Source: Vicugna vicugna
Taxonomy: Eukaryota
NCBI GenBank assembly: GCA_013265495.1
Contig: MU058650.1
Location: 213,394 to 277,393, forward strand
Length of the DNA: 64,000 nucleotides
Direction: 5' to 3'
The position numbers and the translations under genes were made by a program. The notes under the pieces are model-generated. The model saw nothing but the letters and a program-made list of their open reading frames with translations. It was not told where the DNA came from and did no database searches. Shown here in pieces: positions 13,961 through 25,383 of the stretch (position 1 is its first letter; each line of letters starts with the position of its first letter).

Positions 13961-16316
13961 TCATTACATAGGTGTCTTCTGTAAGTACCCATGTGAAAAA
14001 TGATTAAAAATTAAAATACCCAAAAATATTACCGGGGTCCACAACCCTACTGGTTTTTGAGCCACAATAAGTGCCAAGAAAGCAAAGTTTCTGTCTGGGA
14101 GAAGAAGACAGAAATTGATGTTTCCCTGGAGAAAATAAATGTCTCTACCTTCCACTGTTCCCACTGTGGTTTTATTCTTTTACCCAGGGAGCCTCCGATT
14201 CTCTTTACTCTCCACTACCTCATTATGGATTTTATAAGTACTAAAAATCGTAATTAGCATAAAACATTGATACAAAGCCTGGTACACCATGAGCTTTCAA
14301 TAACTGTTCTCTGTTTTTGCTTTTCCTGATTCTTGTTTTTGCTACGGCTGAACAAGGACTATCTTGTCACTGAGTATACAAGCCAAGCCTATGGCCTTAT
14401 TTAATTCATGGGTATAGAAGAAAAACTACAGCTAAAGCTAGACAAATTTGATTATTAATTACTGGTCAGGTTCTTCAGAAACATACTGCAAATCCTCTGT
14501 ACATAAATCACAATTCAAAATGCCAAGGATAAAAGACAGATTCCTGTTTGTACGCCACTCCCTCCCCCCACAATTTTCTGCAGTGGGAACTCTCAGGTGC
14601 AAATTATTTTCAAATTATACAATACAGCACCATGGATCGTTATAATTCATTGTTTGCAAGTTGCTGGGCAGTAACAGGAAAATTTTTTATTAACGCTATT
14701 GTACTACTACTTCCAGTAATCACCTCTAATTATGTCTCCAACTGAGACAATTAATAAATAATTACAAATTTCTTTTCTCATGGTTTCCACTGGTGCTATT
14801 TCAATTCTGAGAAGCTGTTAATTTTGGCAGCTTATAAGCAGTTTCTCGCTATTCCTCCCCTAAAAAATAGTTTACTGCTTTCAGAAGCTTGCATATTAAT
14901 GAACTGTTTGCAACACGCAAGACTAACTTTCTAAAACAAAAATCAAACTTAGTGAAACCACCAACACCACGGGGTGGTAACCAGTTATCCCTGAATAAAG
15001 AAAGAAGCCTAAAATATTACATAAATATTTGTTTACATTCACAATAATTAAATTCATTAATTTGACAGGGTTATATTTTAACTATTCACATAGCTGTTGG
15101 TATTTTTCTTGAGACAAAATTTAAAAAAGAAAAAAGCAAAAAAGACATTTGCTCAACTGTCTGGCCTTGAGATACAGAATCGTACTGTTATATGTAATTT
15201 TAAATAACAATTTAATCTGCGGTCACAACACAATCACATCTTATCTGACAAAATTCCAGGACTGGGGTTTCCTGATTTAAGAGTCTTTACAGACTCAGTG
15301 ATTTACTTCTGACCTTAATTTGAGAAATCACTGGTCTTCACTTTAGAAAAACAGACTTTGAAACAATAAAAATAATAGATTCCACGGTTCACATAGGCAA
15401 AGATTTAAAAGTAGGTTCAAATTTAGCTGTCTAAAGTCAATATTTTATAAATAGTTGCATACTAATCATCTTTTTGGAAGGAGAAGTAAATGAAGGAACC
15501 TTTGTTTTCTAAGTAGTGAGCAATCCAATATGCCCAATTTTAATAAACCATGTACAGAAGATGTTGTCTAAGAAAAAGTTCAGCAGAGTGACTCAACATC
15601 GTAAGAGTATGCTATGAGTGCTAAAACCTGGAATCCATTCACTTACGTATTCTTTACTTTTTCTCATGTATTTATTCCAACAAATACTGTGTTTTACTGA
15701 ATGCATCCTAAGTGTGGGCCCCTGCACCAGACACTGAAAAAAGCGCTCATGTGAAAGTGTAAGTGCAGTGTACACACACTTTCTCACAGCTACATTCAGA
15801 TCCATAAGATAGTCTAGATGCATTGACTGGACAAAGCTATAATTTTAACAAATGTCAGAGTAAACCTAGTGACTCAGTCCTTACCTTCTCTCTTCTCTGC
15901 CAGTAAGAACAACATCCTAACAGGAAAGGGTAGATCAAACACTGTATGAAGGGAATTAAATCTGAAAAGGAAGTAAGTTATTGAACGAACACTTAGTTAT
16001 TGTATAGTGTCATGTCTGCAAAATTACCTGCCAATACATGGCAAAAACTTGCAGGTGTGTTCCCAGAAATATGGGAAGCATGGAGAATGTTACCATCATA
16101 GGCAATACTTGTCCTAGGGTTTTGATTTACAATACTTTGCCTTCTCCACTGCATCATACTACTACATTCATTCAGTATTCTTTATTGTCTCAGCAAACTT
16201 TTGTCACAAACACCACAAAACCGCTTTCAAACTGGTTGCACCAAAGCCACGATTAATTCAAAATTAAGGGACACCACTTGCGAGGTCTTAAATACGTTAT
16301 TAATTATGGGTTACAT

Positions 16317-16464
16317 TCAGAGCTATGTTGAAGCTAGCTCCTACTCACTCAAGCTATTGGATAGCTTGAAATGAGCCATGGTGGGAATATTTACACTATA
16401 GAAATCAGTAAATTTTACAAATTAGAATGCTTATTTTAAAAGCTGGTTTATCAACACATCATTT
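16317..16464. mobile_element. MER63-like hAT DNA transposon remnant
   Basis: tagcttgaaatgagccatggtgggaatatttacactatagaaatcagtaaa matches my recollection of the MER63 core. Confidence 0.55.
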
Positions 16465-16515
16465 GACATCGCTGATGAAAGTGATCAAAACCAGTTTAAA
16501 AAAGATGCACTGCAG

Positions 16516-16665
16516 GGCAGCGACGGCGGTGGAAGCCGGCGGCGCTGCACATCAGGGGTCGCAAGGGACCCGCACGCGCGGCGGCCTGGGGCGCCCGGGG
16601 AGCTGAGCCCCGGCCCGAGTGCGCGCAGCTCGCGAGCCGTCCCGGAGGCAAATGAAGGTGAAACG
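16516..16665 (+). promoter_or_regulatory. Small CpG-island-like segment (retrocopied 5' UTR)
   Basis: About 23 CpG dinucleotides in 150 bp by hand count; the only CpG-dense stretch in the window. Regulatory activity is not demonstrated. Confidence 0.5.
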
Positions 16666-17410
16666 ATGTCAGCCAGCCCAGAATACCATTCCTTGGGAAT
16701 TCTGGTCTTTCAGACCACCAGTTCGGTTCTAACGATGCGTTACTCTCGGGCTTTAAAAGAGGAGGGGCCTTGTTATCTATTCTGCTCCCGCTGTGCTTGT
16801 GCCGAACTTTTTAAGATAAGGGCCTGTATTTTGTTAGTCTACAAAGCCAGCAAATGTAGTCCAGGAGGACTGAATCGAATGCTATATCACGAAATTCTTA
16901 ATAAACCAATGGAAACTCTTACACTTGCTATTCCGTCAGGGATACACACTCTTCAGAATAATTTACCCTATGTGGCACCGTCAGATCTAGATGCAGCTAC
17001 TTAACCAGGTCACGTATCAGTTGAAAATTCTTACAATGGCATTATTTTCTGTATCTATGCTTAGTAAAAAAAAAAAATTAGGTGTGGACCAGTGGCTTTC
17101 CCTAGTAATTTTGATGACAGGATGTGCTTTTGTACAGTGGCCCTCAGATTCTCAAGAGCTTGGTTCTAAGGAACTTCCCGCTGGTGCTCAACTTTGTAGG
17201 CCTCACGGCAGTGCTCACAGCATGTTTTTCAAGTGGCTTTGCCGGGGTTTACTTTGAGAAAATCTTAAAAGAAACCAAACAATCAGTATGGATAACAAAT
17301 ATTCAACTTAGTTTCCTTGGGAGTATATTTGGATTAATGAGTGTATATATTCATGATGGAGAACAATATCAAAGAATGGTTTCCTTCAGGTATATAACTG
17401 GCTGACCTGA

Positions 17411-17650
<240 letters not shown>

Positions 17651-19751
17651 TAATCCCAATACTACCTTTGGTTTTTCGCAATGGTGCCCTGGGAAGCTCA
17701 ACGTTAATCTTGCGCAGAGGACTGCTACAGGTTCTAAGAAGAAATCATCATGTTGAACCTGATCTTATTGTTCAAATGGTTTGAAAATATCAACATTTAA
17801 GGATAAAATATATGTATATGCCTATTGCATCTAGAAATTAGAACTTGAAAGTATTTCCAGGGGTTAGAATAATTATCAGAAGAAATTTGAAATCTGAGTT
17901 TTTAAAACATTTTACTTTTTGATTGCTGCCAAAATACCCTATACACTCTTTGCAACAGCACACAATAAATGTCAGATATCAATTTTTGCAAATGTCACAT
18001 ATTTAATCTTATTAAATGTCTTTTCTCTTACTCTTTCTGAACACATGTATCAAATCACATGGAATATTCAACGTTTGAAAATTATAATTACCTATAAAGC
18101 TGTGAAGAAATAGAAGTATGATTTGAAAAACATTTTCATGTATCTGAGATTTTTATACTTATACAAAAGATTACTAAACAAAGGATTGCTGTATGTTGGA
18201 AAAATTCAACTGCATAAAAATTGGTAAAGTAACATTCTGGGTCTGATCTATCAGATAATAAAATTCATATTTAAATTTAATGTAAAGAAATATACACATT
18301 TCTCCATTTACATTTTAAGATGTTTTAGTGCTTCAAAAGTGCTGTAAGGAATCCAGTTGCTCCTCTGCTAGACAGTAGCCAATGACTTTTACACTAATGG
18401 AGTTTTGTCCTTAACCCCTTTATTGTGTTTCTTTTCTGTAAATCAGATAAATCCTTAATATTACTTTAAATTAAATTTTAGTGTGTGTTAATTTCCATTG
18501 AAGTTTTAAAATGTAATTTGAAGGGATTAAATAATCATTTAATAATTAAAAAAATTATTGTCTAATATCTCCATTTTGAGAATTTTGAATTATCAAAGCA
18601 TATACTATACACATCTAGAATGTTTTAAAATGAATATTTTTCTCATTGATCTGTAAAAACTTCCTTTAATATACAACTCTTGACAAAACAACTACCAAAA
18701 AACTATTAGTACAGATGTCAGGGAATTGAGACCAAAATGACTTTTCTTGGAGGCATTCCAGATTGCCATGATACTACATTATTTTAAATGGCACTATAAC
18801 TATAAATTCAAGGCTGCTCAGAAGAACTTTCTAGGTGTTTCATAAACTCAACATTCCTGGGAATACTCTGATCACATGTCTTGAAGAGGCAGCTGAATTC
18901 TGACCTCCCTTTCTGTGGCCCTACAAAAGCTGCCAGAAAGGAGCTTTAAAATAGTGGTTTCTTTTCCATTTTATCACTGAAATTGAGGTTGCAAATTACA
19001 TGAGTTATTTAATAAATTCATTCAGGGAGAGAAAAGGTAACAGAAATGATCAAATGAATTGGTGGGCACAAATATTTTCTAAAATTGGTATACAGGTTTA
19101 ATTATTGATTAGAGACAAAATTACTTACTGTGTATGAAGTATTTTACTTTACTTTTTAAATTCATACTTTATATATTTTTAAGTCTCCTGTTCTAATAAT
19201 ATCAAAACTGTAAAAATAAGTATTTTTATTTAGTTCTAACGGATTTTGTTAAAACAAAATTTGGCTCAAAAATACTATGTTACAAACTGTTGGGAACACT
19301 TGGCTAATTAGGCCCGGCTTTGTTACTTTGCTGATGCAAACCTAGTCTGTATGGACAGAGACCTAATCTATTCCACCTAGAGTTTTTAAAAGTGTTTAAA
19401 ATTATGAAGTATTTTAAATTAATTTGCTGGTGATTCCAAATTGGCACCAAGCAAACTTTCTGCAACCCTGACTTAATAATTTTCAGTGACCACCTTTTAG
19501 AGTATGTGTTTAATAACTTTACCACGTTTTGAGAATGGTGTTTTTAGACTGTAACAACATTCAGACTTACATTTTATTACCTGCTGCTAAGTGAAATTGA
19601 AATACTGCAAATGCACAGACTTTAAATATAAAGATTTGTGTTCGGTTCACATTGAAGTACTGGTTGGGTATTTACGTATTAATTCCATAAGCATTCATAA
19701 TTTTTCATTCAGGTTTAGCCTATCCCTATTTAAATACTTCAAAAAATGATA

Positions 19752-19944
19752 TAACAAGATTACACTGTATAGCACAGGGAAATATGCACAAAATGTTATG
19801 ATAAATCACAGAGAAAAAAATGTGACAATGAGTGTGTATATGTCCATGAATGACTGAAAAATTGTGCTGAACACTGGAATTTGACACAACACTGTAAAAT
19901 GATTATGAATCAATAAAAAATGTAAAAAAAATTATGCTAAGTAA
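19752..19944 (+). mobile_element. Young LINE-1 3' end inserted in the retrocopy 3' UTR
   Basis: aacaagattacactgtatagcacaggg...caataaaaaatgtaaaa; TSD aaaaaatgata at 19741-19751 and 19945-19955; near-identical to 23306-23425. Confidence 0.9.
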
Positions 19945-21329
19945 AAAAAATGATACAAGGAAATTATTGAACATCAGACATGTTAGTTATAATAATAACA
20001 TTCTCAGCTGCCCAAGATAACAAAATTTTCAAGATTCCCAGTAAGTTTATAAAATGTAATCAAGAGTTCTAAGAAAGGGGGAAATAGTCTAAAGTATATT
20101 TTCTAAGTAAACTTTTATTATACAGGCATAATCTACATTTTGCTTTTCTAGTCAGTTTGAAAATGTTAGCGATTTGATTGTGTAGGTTATAATTTTTAAT
20201 TTATAAGGAAATAATCATATTTGAGAAGGTAGACCTATATCTTAGATCATGTCATATACACAGATAATGCCATTTTCTGTGTTTTGATGACCTCCAGAAG
20301 CTTTATTGTATCAGCCTTTTATAACGATGATTCATTAATTATTTAAATTCTTACACTTTTTAAAGTTTACATGTTATCTCTCAACTACTTCGCTCATTAT
20401 AAAAATGTGCTAACTCATGGGGGAAGAGTACCAACTGATAGTTCTATAAAAATTAAGAATATGGTATTTTGGAAGAAAAGTTCAAAATGCAACATGTAGA
20501 TGTTTCAATGCAGTAATATCAATTCCTTAATAAGTGATTTTTATAGGTGTTATAGGCTACGTTCATGTGAAAAATGTAGTTTAGAGATGCAAAACTTAAA
20601 TGTTTACATCAATTTATATTGAATGTCACCATTTCAGAGAAGAAAAGGTAGTTTGATATTTAGTCTATTTCTAAGGAGACAGAATCTGAGAGGAAACTGA
20701 TTTTGTGCTCAGTAGATTTGGTGTAATACAGACTGTTCTTAAGAATTGATACATTTTTTCCTACATATCAAATTATTAGACTTTTAAAATGTCATATATA
20801 GTCATTCACCTGAGTTTTATTTTGTTTTGTTTTGTTTTTAAAAACCAGGTTTAGCATCGCTCATTTTATTTACACTTTCATTGTTACAATATTTAATTAC
20901 ATATAAATATATACTCTATATAAGAAAAAGTTTATAAAAGTTATTTATGCTATATTGAAAATCATCTTAAGAATATCCTGGATATGTTGCATATTTGAGG
21001 TAATTATAGGACCAAAGAAAAAACACCTTTATCAAAATTTAGTACTGTGTGCCTTGCTTTACCAAATATCTAACTTTTCTGGAGGATATTACCATAATTG
21101 ACAACTATTGACACATAGGCAAAATTAGGATGTTTTGAGAATAATTGTAATTCAATTTTGTTGTTTCAACATTTGCTATTTAAATCCATTGGCTAACAGA
21201 ATATTAAAATAGGTGTATTATTTTAAAAATGCACTGCAGAAAAAACAATTCCTAAAATTGTTTAATTTTCATGAGGTTTTCTTTTTTGTTTTGTTTTGCT
21301 TTCAATATCAACAGTCTTTCTTTTCCAAC

Positions 21330-23830
21330 TACTATAATTCTAAAAGATATCTTTATAGATTTCCTGGATATTACAGTAGACCTCTAATTCTTGTAACTCT
21401 CTGGATTAATTATAGAATAAAATGTTTCTCAAAAGTTTATAAATGGACTAATTTTATGTCTGGCATCTTTTGTTCAATGCTACGCTATTGAGACTTGCTC
21501 ATATTGCATTAAACTAAATTTTACTCATTATCATTGTATAACATACTCTATAATATACAACAATCTGGTTTTCAATCTATGTTGACTGACATTTGAACTG
21601 TATGCTGTTTGGTGCTATTATAACTGCACAAATACATGCATTTCTGTTGGATATAGCTAGGACTGAAATACATGAGTCAAAGGATATGCCCGCCTCCAAC
21701 TTTAGCAAATATGCTAAAGAGTTTTCCAAAGTGCTGTAGCATTTTATATTCCCATCAGCAGTGTGTGAGAATTGAGTTACCCCATGTGCTCATAAATATT
21801 TGACATGGCAGTCTTTTAAGTTTTATTCATTCTGGTGGATGTGTGGTGGATTCGAATTGTGACTCTAATTTGCATTTCTTGATGAGCAACGAGCACCTTT
21901 TCAATGTTCATTGATCATGTGGATTTGCTAATTTTTGAAGTTCCTTTTCAAGGTTTCTGGGGTTTCTTTGCCAGTTTTTCATCTGATTGACTGTCTTTGT
22001 TATTGATTTATAGGAGTTCTTTGTATTTTTTAGAAATGAGTCCTTAATCAGATGTAAGTATTGAGTATGTATTCTAGCTTGTGGATTTGCCTTTTCGATC
22101 TCTTAGTGGAATCTTTTTACTAATGCAAATATATTAATTCCAATAATAGGCAGATTAATGCTTTTCATGTCAAGTTTAAAAGTAACAAATATAAAAGTTA
22201 TATTGTATGTTTACATGTAATTTCATCTGGAGTTTATATTTAAGTATGAGCTAGAAGTCAGATTTCCACCACCCTCTTTCACTATAGATATTTAATTGCT
22301 CCAGCACTATTGTTTGAATTAACAATCTTTTCCTATAACCCTAAAGTATTTACATTTTCATGGTTCAGGTTTCCATATATATGGATCTGTTTCTAAAATC
22401 TTTATTCTAAATCATTGGTCTATTTTTCTATCCTTATACAAAAAGCATATGACTTAATATAGTTCATAACAAGTCTTGATATATGAAATAGTGTTTCTTC
22501 CATGTGTAGTCATCTTCATCAAGATTGTCTTTGTTACTATTAAACTTTTAGTTTATATATATATGTTATATATATTATATATATATATATATATATATTA
22601 GAAATATTTTGCCAATTTACACACACATACAAACACCCCTGGGATTTTGAAAGAGATCACACTGACTCTATTATGTGTCCTTTTTTAATAATGTATTTGT
22701 AAGGTTTTGATATCGAGATTACAAACAGCTCAGAAAACATCTTTGTAAGTATTCATTCCTATTTATTCTCTAGAAAACTTTTTGTAAGATTAATGGCATC
22801 ATTTCTTTAACCGTTAGCAATGACCGAACATTTGGTGTAAAACATCTGGGCATGGAATTTTCTTTTGAGGAAGGTTTTGAATAAGGAGTAGAACTTACTT
22901 CATAGATATAAGACGAATCTGATTTTCTCTTTCTTTTGTGGACAGACATGGTAAGTTGTATTTTTCTAGAATTTTGTTCTTTCCATCCATATATTTCTGT
23001 AAAATTTTTCACTTTACCCTGATAGTCTTATTTTAACTTGTATATTCCTATTTTCTTCTCTTCATTATTTTCTTCCTCCTATTTTGGGGGGTTAATTTTC
23101 TCTTCTGTTTCTAACTTCTTGATATGGATGCTTAGATAATTGATTGTAATTTATAATATACATATTTAAGTGTATAAATTTCTCTCTAGGCATGGATTTA
23201 GCTGTATCAGAAGTTTTCAGATGTGTTATTTTCATTATTATTCAGTTTAAAAATATTTTCTAATCTTCATTGTGGTTTATTGAACTATTTAAAAGTGTAT
23301 TTCCTCAGAGGAAAAAATGTGACAATGAGTGTGTATATGTCCATGAATGACTGAAAAATTGTGCTGAACACTGGAATTTGACACAACACTGTAAAATGAT
23401 TATGAATCAATAAAAAATGTAAAAATAAATAAATAAATAAAAGTGTATTTCCTAATTTCCAAATATAAGAGAATTTTCTAGGTAACTTTTTAATTATTTC
23501 TAACATCATTCTGCTCTAAATATCAGCAAACATGTTTGGTATGATTTGAATCCTCAATCTGTTGACTGCCTTATGAGCTTTCATACTTCAGTATATGTCC
23601 CATGTGCACTTAAAAAGAAAGTGTTGGAGAGCTTCATATACAGTCTTATATATACTTAGGTAGGTCAAATTTGTAAATATGGTGTTCAGGTGTTCTACAG
23701 TCTTGGTGAATTTTTTTGTCTTCTTGGTCTATTAGTTACTGAGAAAAAAATTACTGAAGTCTTCCAGTACGAATGTGGAGTGGTATATTTCTCCTTGTAT
23801 CACTTAATTTTTCCTTGTATTACTAATTTA
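21330..23830 (-). mobile_element. Ancient fragmented L1M
   Basis: Degenerate reverse-strand L1 text (gttttccaaagtg...attcccatcagcagtgtgtgaga; taatttgcatttc; ctccagcactattgtttgaa); (TA)n at ~22555-22598. Confidence 0.7.
23306..23438 (+). mobile_element. Young, severely 5'-truncated LINE-1 3' end
   Basis: Perfect 15-bp TSD aaaagtgtatttcct at 23291-23305 and 23439-23453 at a ttt/aaaa site; (taaa)n tail. Confidence 0.93.
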
Positions 23831-24806
23831 TTTTATTATTATAAACCTCATGAAAGAATGGCAACTGGAATATAATATGTGAACATCAAATAGGTTTAAA
23901 GTGTATCTCTTCATTTCAATCTCTTATCAATAAAGCATATTTATATACTTACTTATAACTTGAATGATATAGTGTGATGGACAGAAGTGACCGGTTCTCT
24001 CCTCCTACTTACTGGAGGCTCAAAATTGTATTTAACAGACATTAAGTCAGAGATCTGTAAGCTAGAAGAGACTGAATTCAGGACCATTGCAGAGGGCTGG
24101 CACTGGTGAAGAGCAGGCAAGAGCTCAGACTGTTGTAACTCAGTTCACATACAGAAATTGTCATGGTACTGCCACTGACCCGTTGGCCATGTGTCAACTA
24201 CGAGTAAAGTATCCAAGTGAAAATAATCAATTTCCTTAAGCTCCCGCTGCAATACTGAAAATATAGATTGACAACAAAACTTTCACAATTCTTGGTCATG
24301 AAGGAATGCTCACACATCAAGTACAATTAATTAAGCTCCTCAAAGACAGGGACTATGCCTTATGGATTATTTTAGTCTTACCACTGAGTCTTTTAACTTG
24401 GACTTTGGTGACAGTTGATAAATATTTGTTGAAGGAAACCCTTGAACCTGCTTGAACAGAGAGTAAATAATAGTAAGTAACATTTCAGTGAGCCTAGAAA
24501 CTCCTCACAACACAGGTAGGTATTCAAGGTTTCGGTAATCTTAAAAAATATCACATTTGCCCTAACAGAATACAAAAGCCACAAGACAGGAAATGCTACC
24601 TACACCAGGATTACCTCTACTATGACTATTAACGTCCTATGTCATAGATCATAGCAAGAAAATATTATATTTTTCAGCCCTGGAAATGGGACCACCCAGC
24701 CTGAGCTAAATCTGGGAACCTTAATGATGCTTGCTTTCTCCTCCTCTTCTCCTAGTGTGCAAGCCTATCATGGCTCCCTGCTGCTGCTCTTCAGAGGCAG
24801 CCTCCA

Positions 24807-25383
24807 TGTTACTGAGTCCAAACTTCTTCTGCTCGCTGCATGGCAGGCCAATAAATTGGGAGATGAGGTGTTGGGGCAAGAAAAAGCGACTTTATTTGAA
24901 AAGCCAGCAGACAGAGAATGGCCGACTAATGTCTTGGAGAACCATCCTGCTCCAGTCAGAATACAGGCTCCTTTTATACAAAAAAAAAACCCCAAAAAAC
25001 CCCCCAAAAAACCCAAAACCAAAACCAAAACAAAAAACAAAAAACCAAGGGAGGAGGTGTGTTTCATTGTTGCAAACTTTTTCCTGCAGGAATTCTTTGT
25101 TCCTGCAGCTGTCCATGTGGGTCAGGCCACTCCATGGTGTCCCTGTAAACCTCCAACAAAACAAAGGTTATTTTCTATTTGGCAACTTGCCCTCTCTACA
25201 GAAGTGCTGACATTCTTAAAGGTCAGAGCCCTGAGAACAGGCTCTCCTGTACATTTCAGGCAAAAGGCAACACTGTTTCACACAAGGTGCAGAGCTAACA
25301 AGGCTAAGCCTGGAAAACTGCACCGTGGTTAAAGCCACAGGAACAGATTCAATACAGAGTCAGATTTGTTCTCCTGTATTACT
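24807..25383 (-). mobile_element. Solo ERV LTR
   Basis: Starts tgttactgagtccaaact...ctgctcgc like 13467 and 43239. tttatt (reverse-strand AATAAA) at ~24891. Possible 4-bp TSD tcca/tcta. Internal A/C low-complexity tract at ~24980-25047. Confidence 0.75.

Noticed and set aside
24724..25332. 202-aa ORF with a K/P-rich stretch and overlapping ORFs
   Set aside because: It lies in a solo LTR, the K/P tract is an A/C low-complexity expansion, and I see no protein homology.
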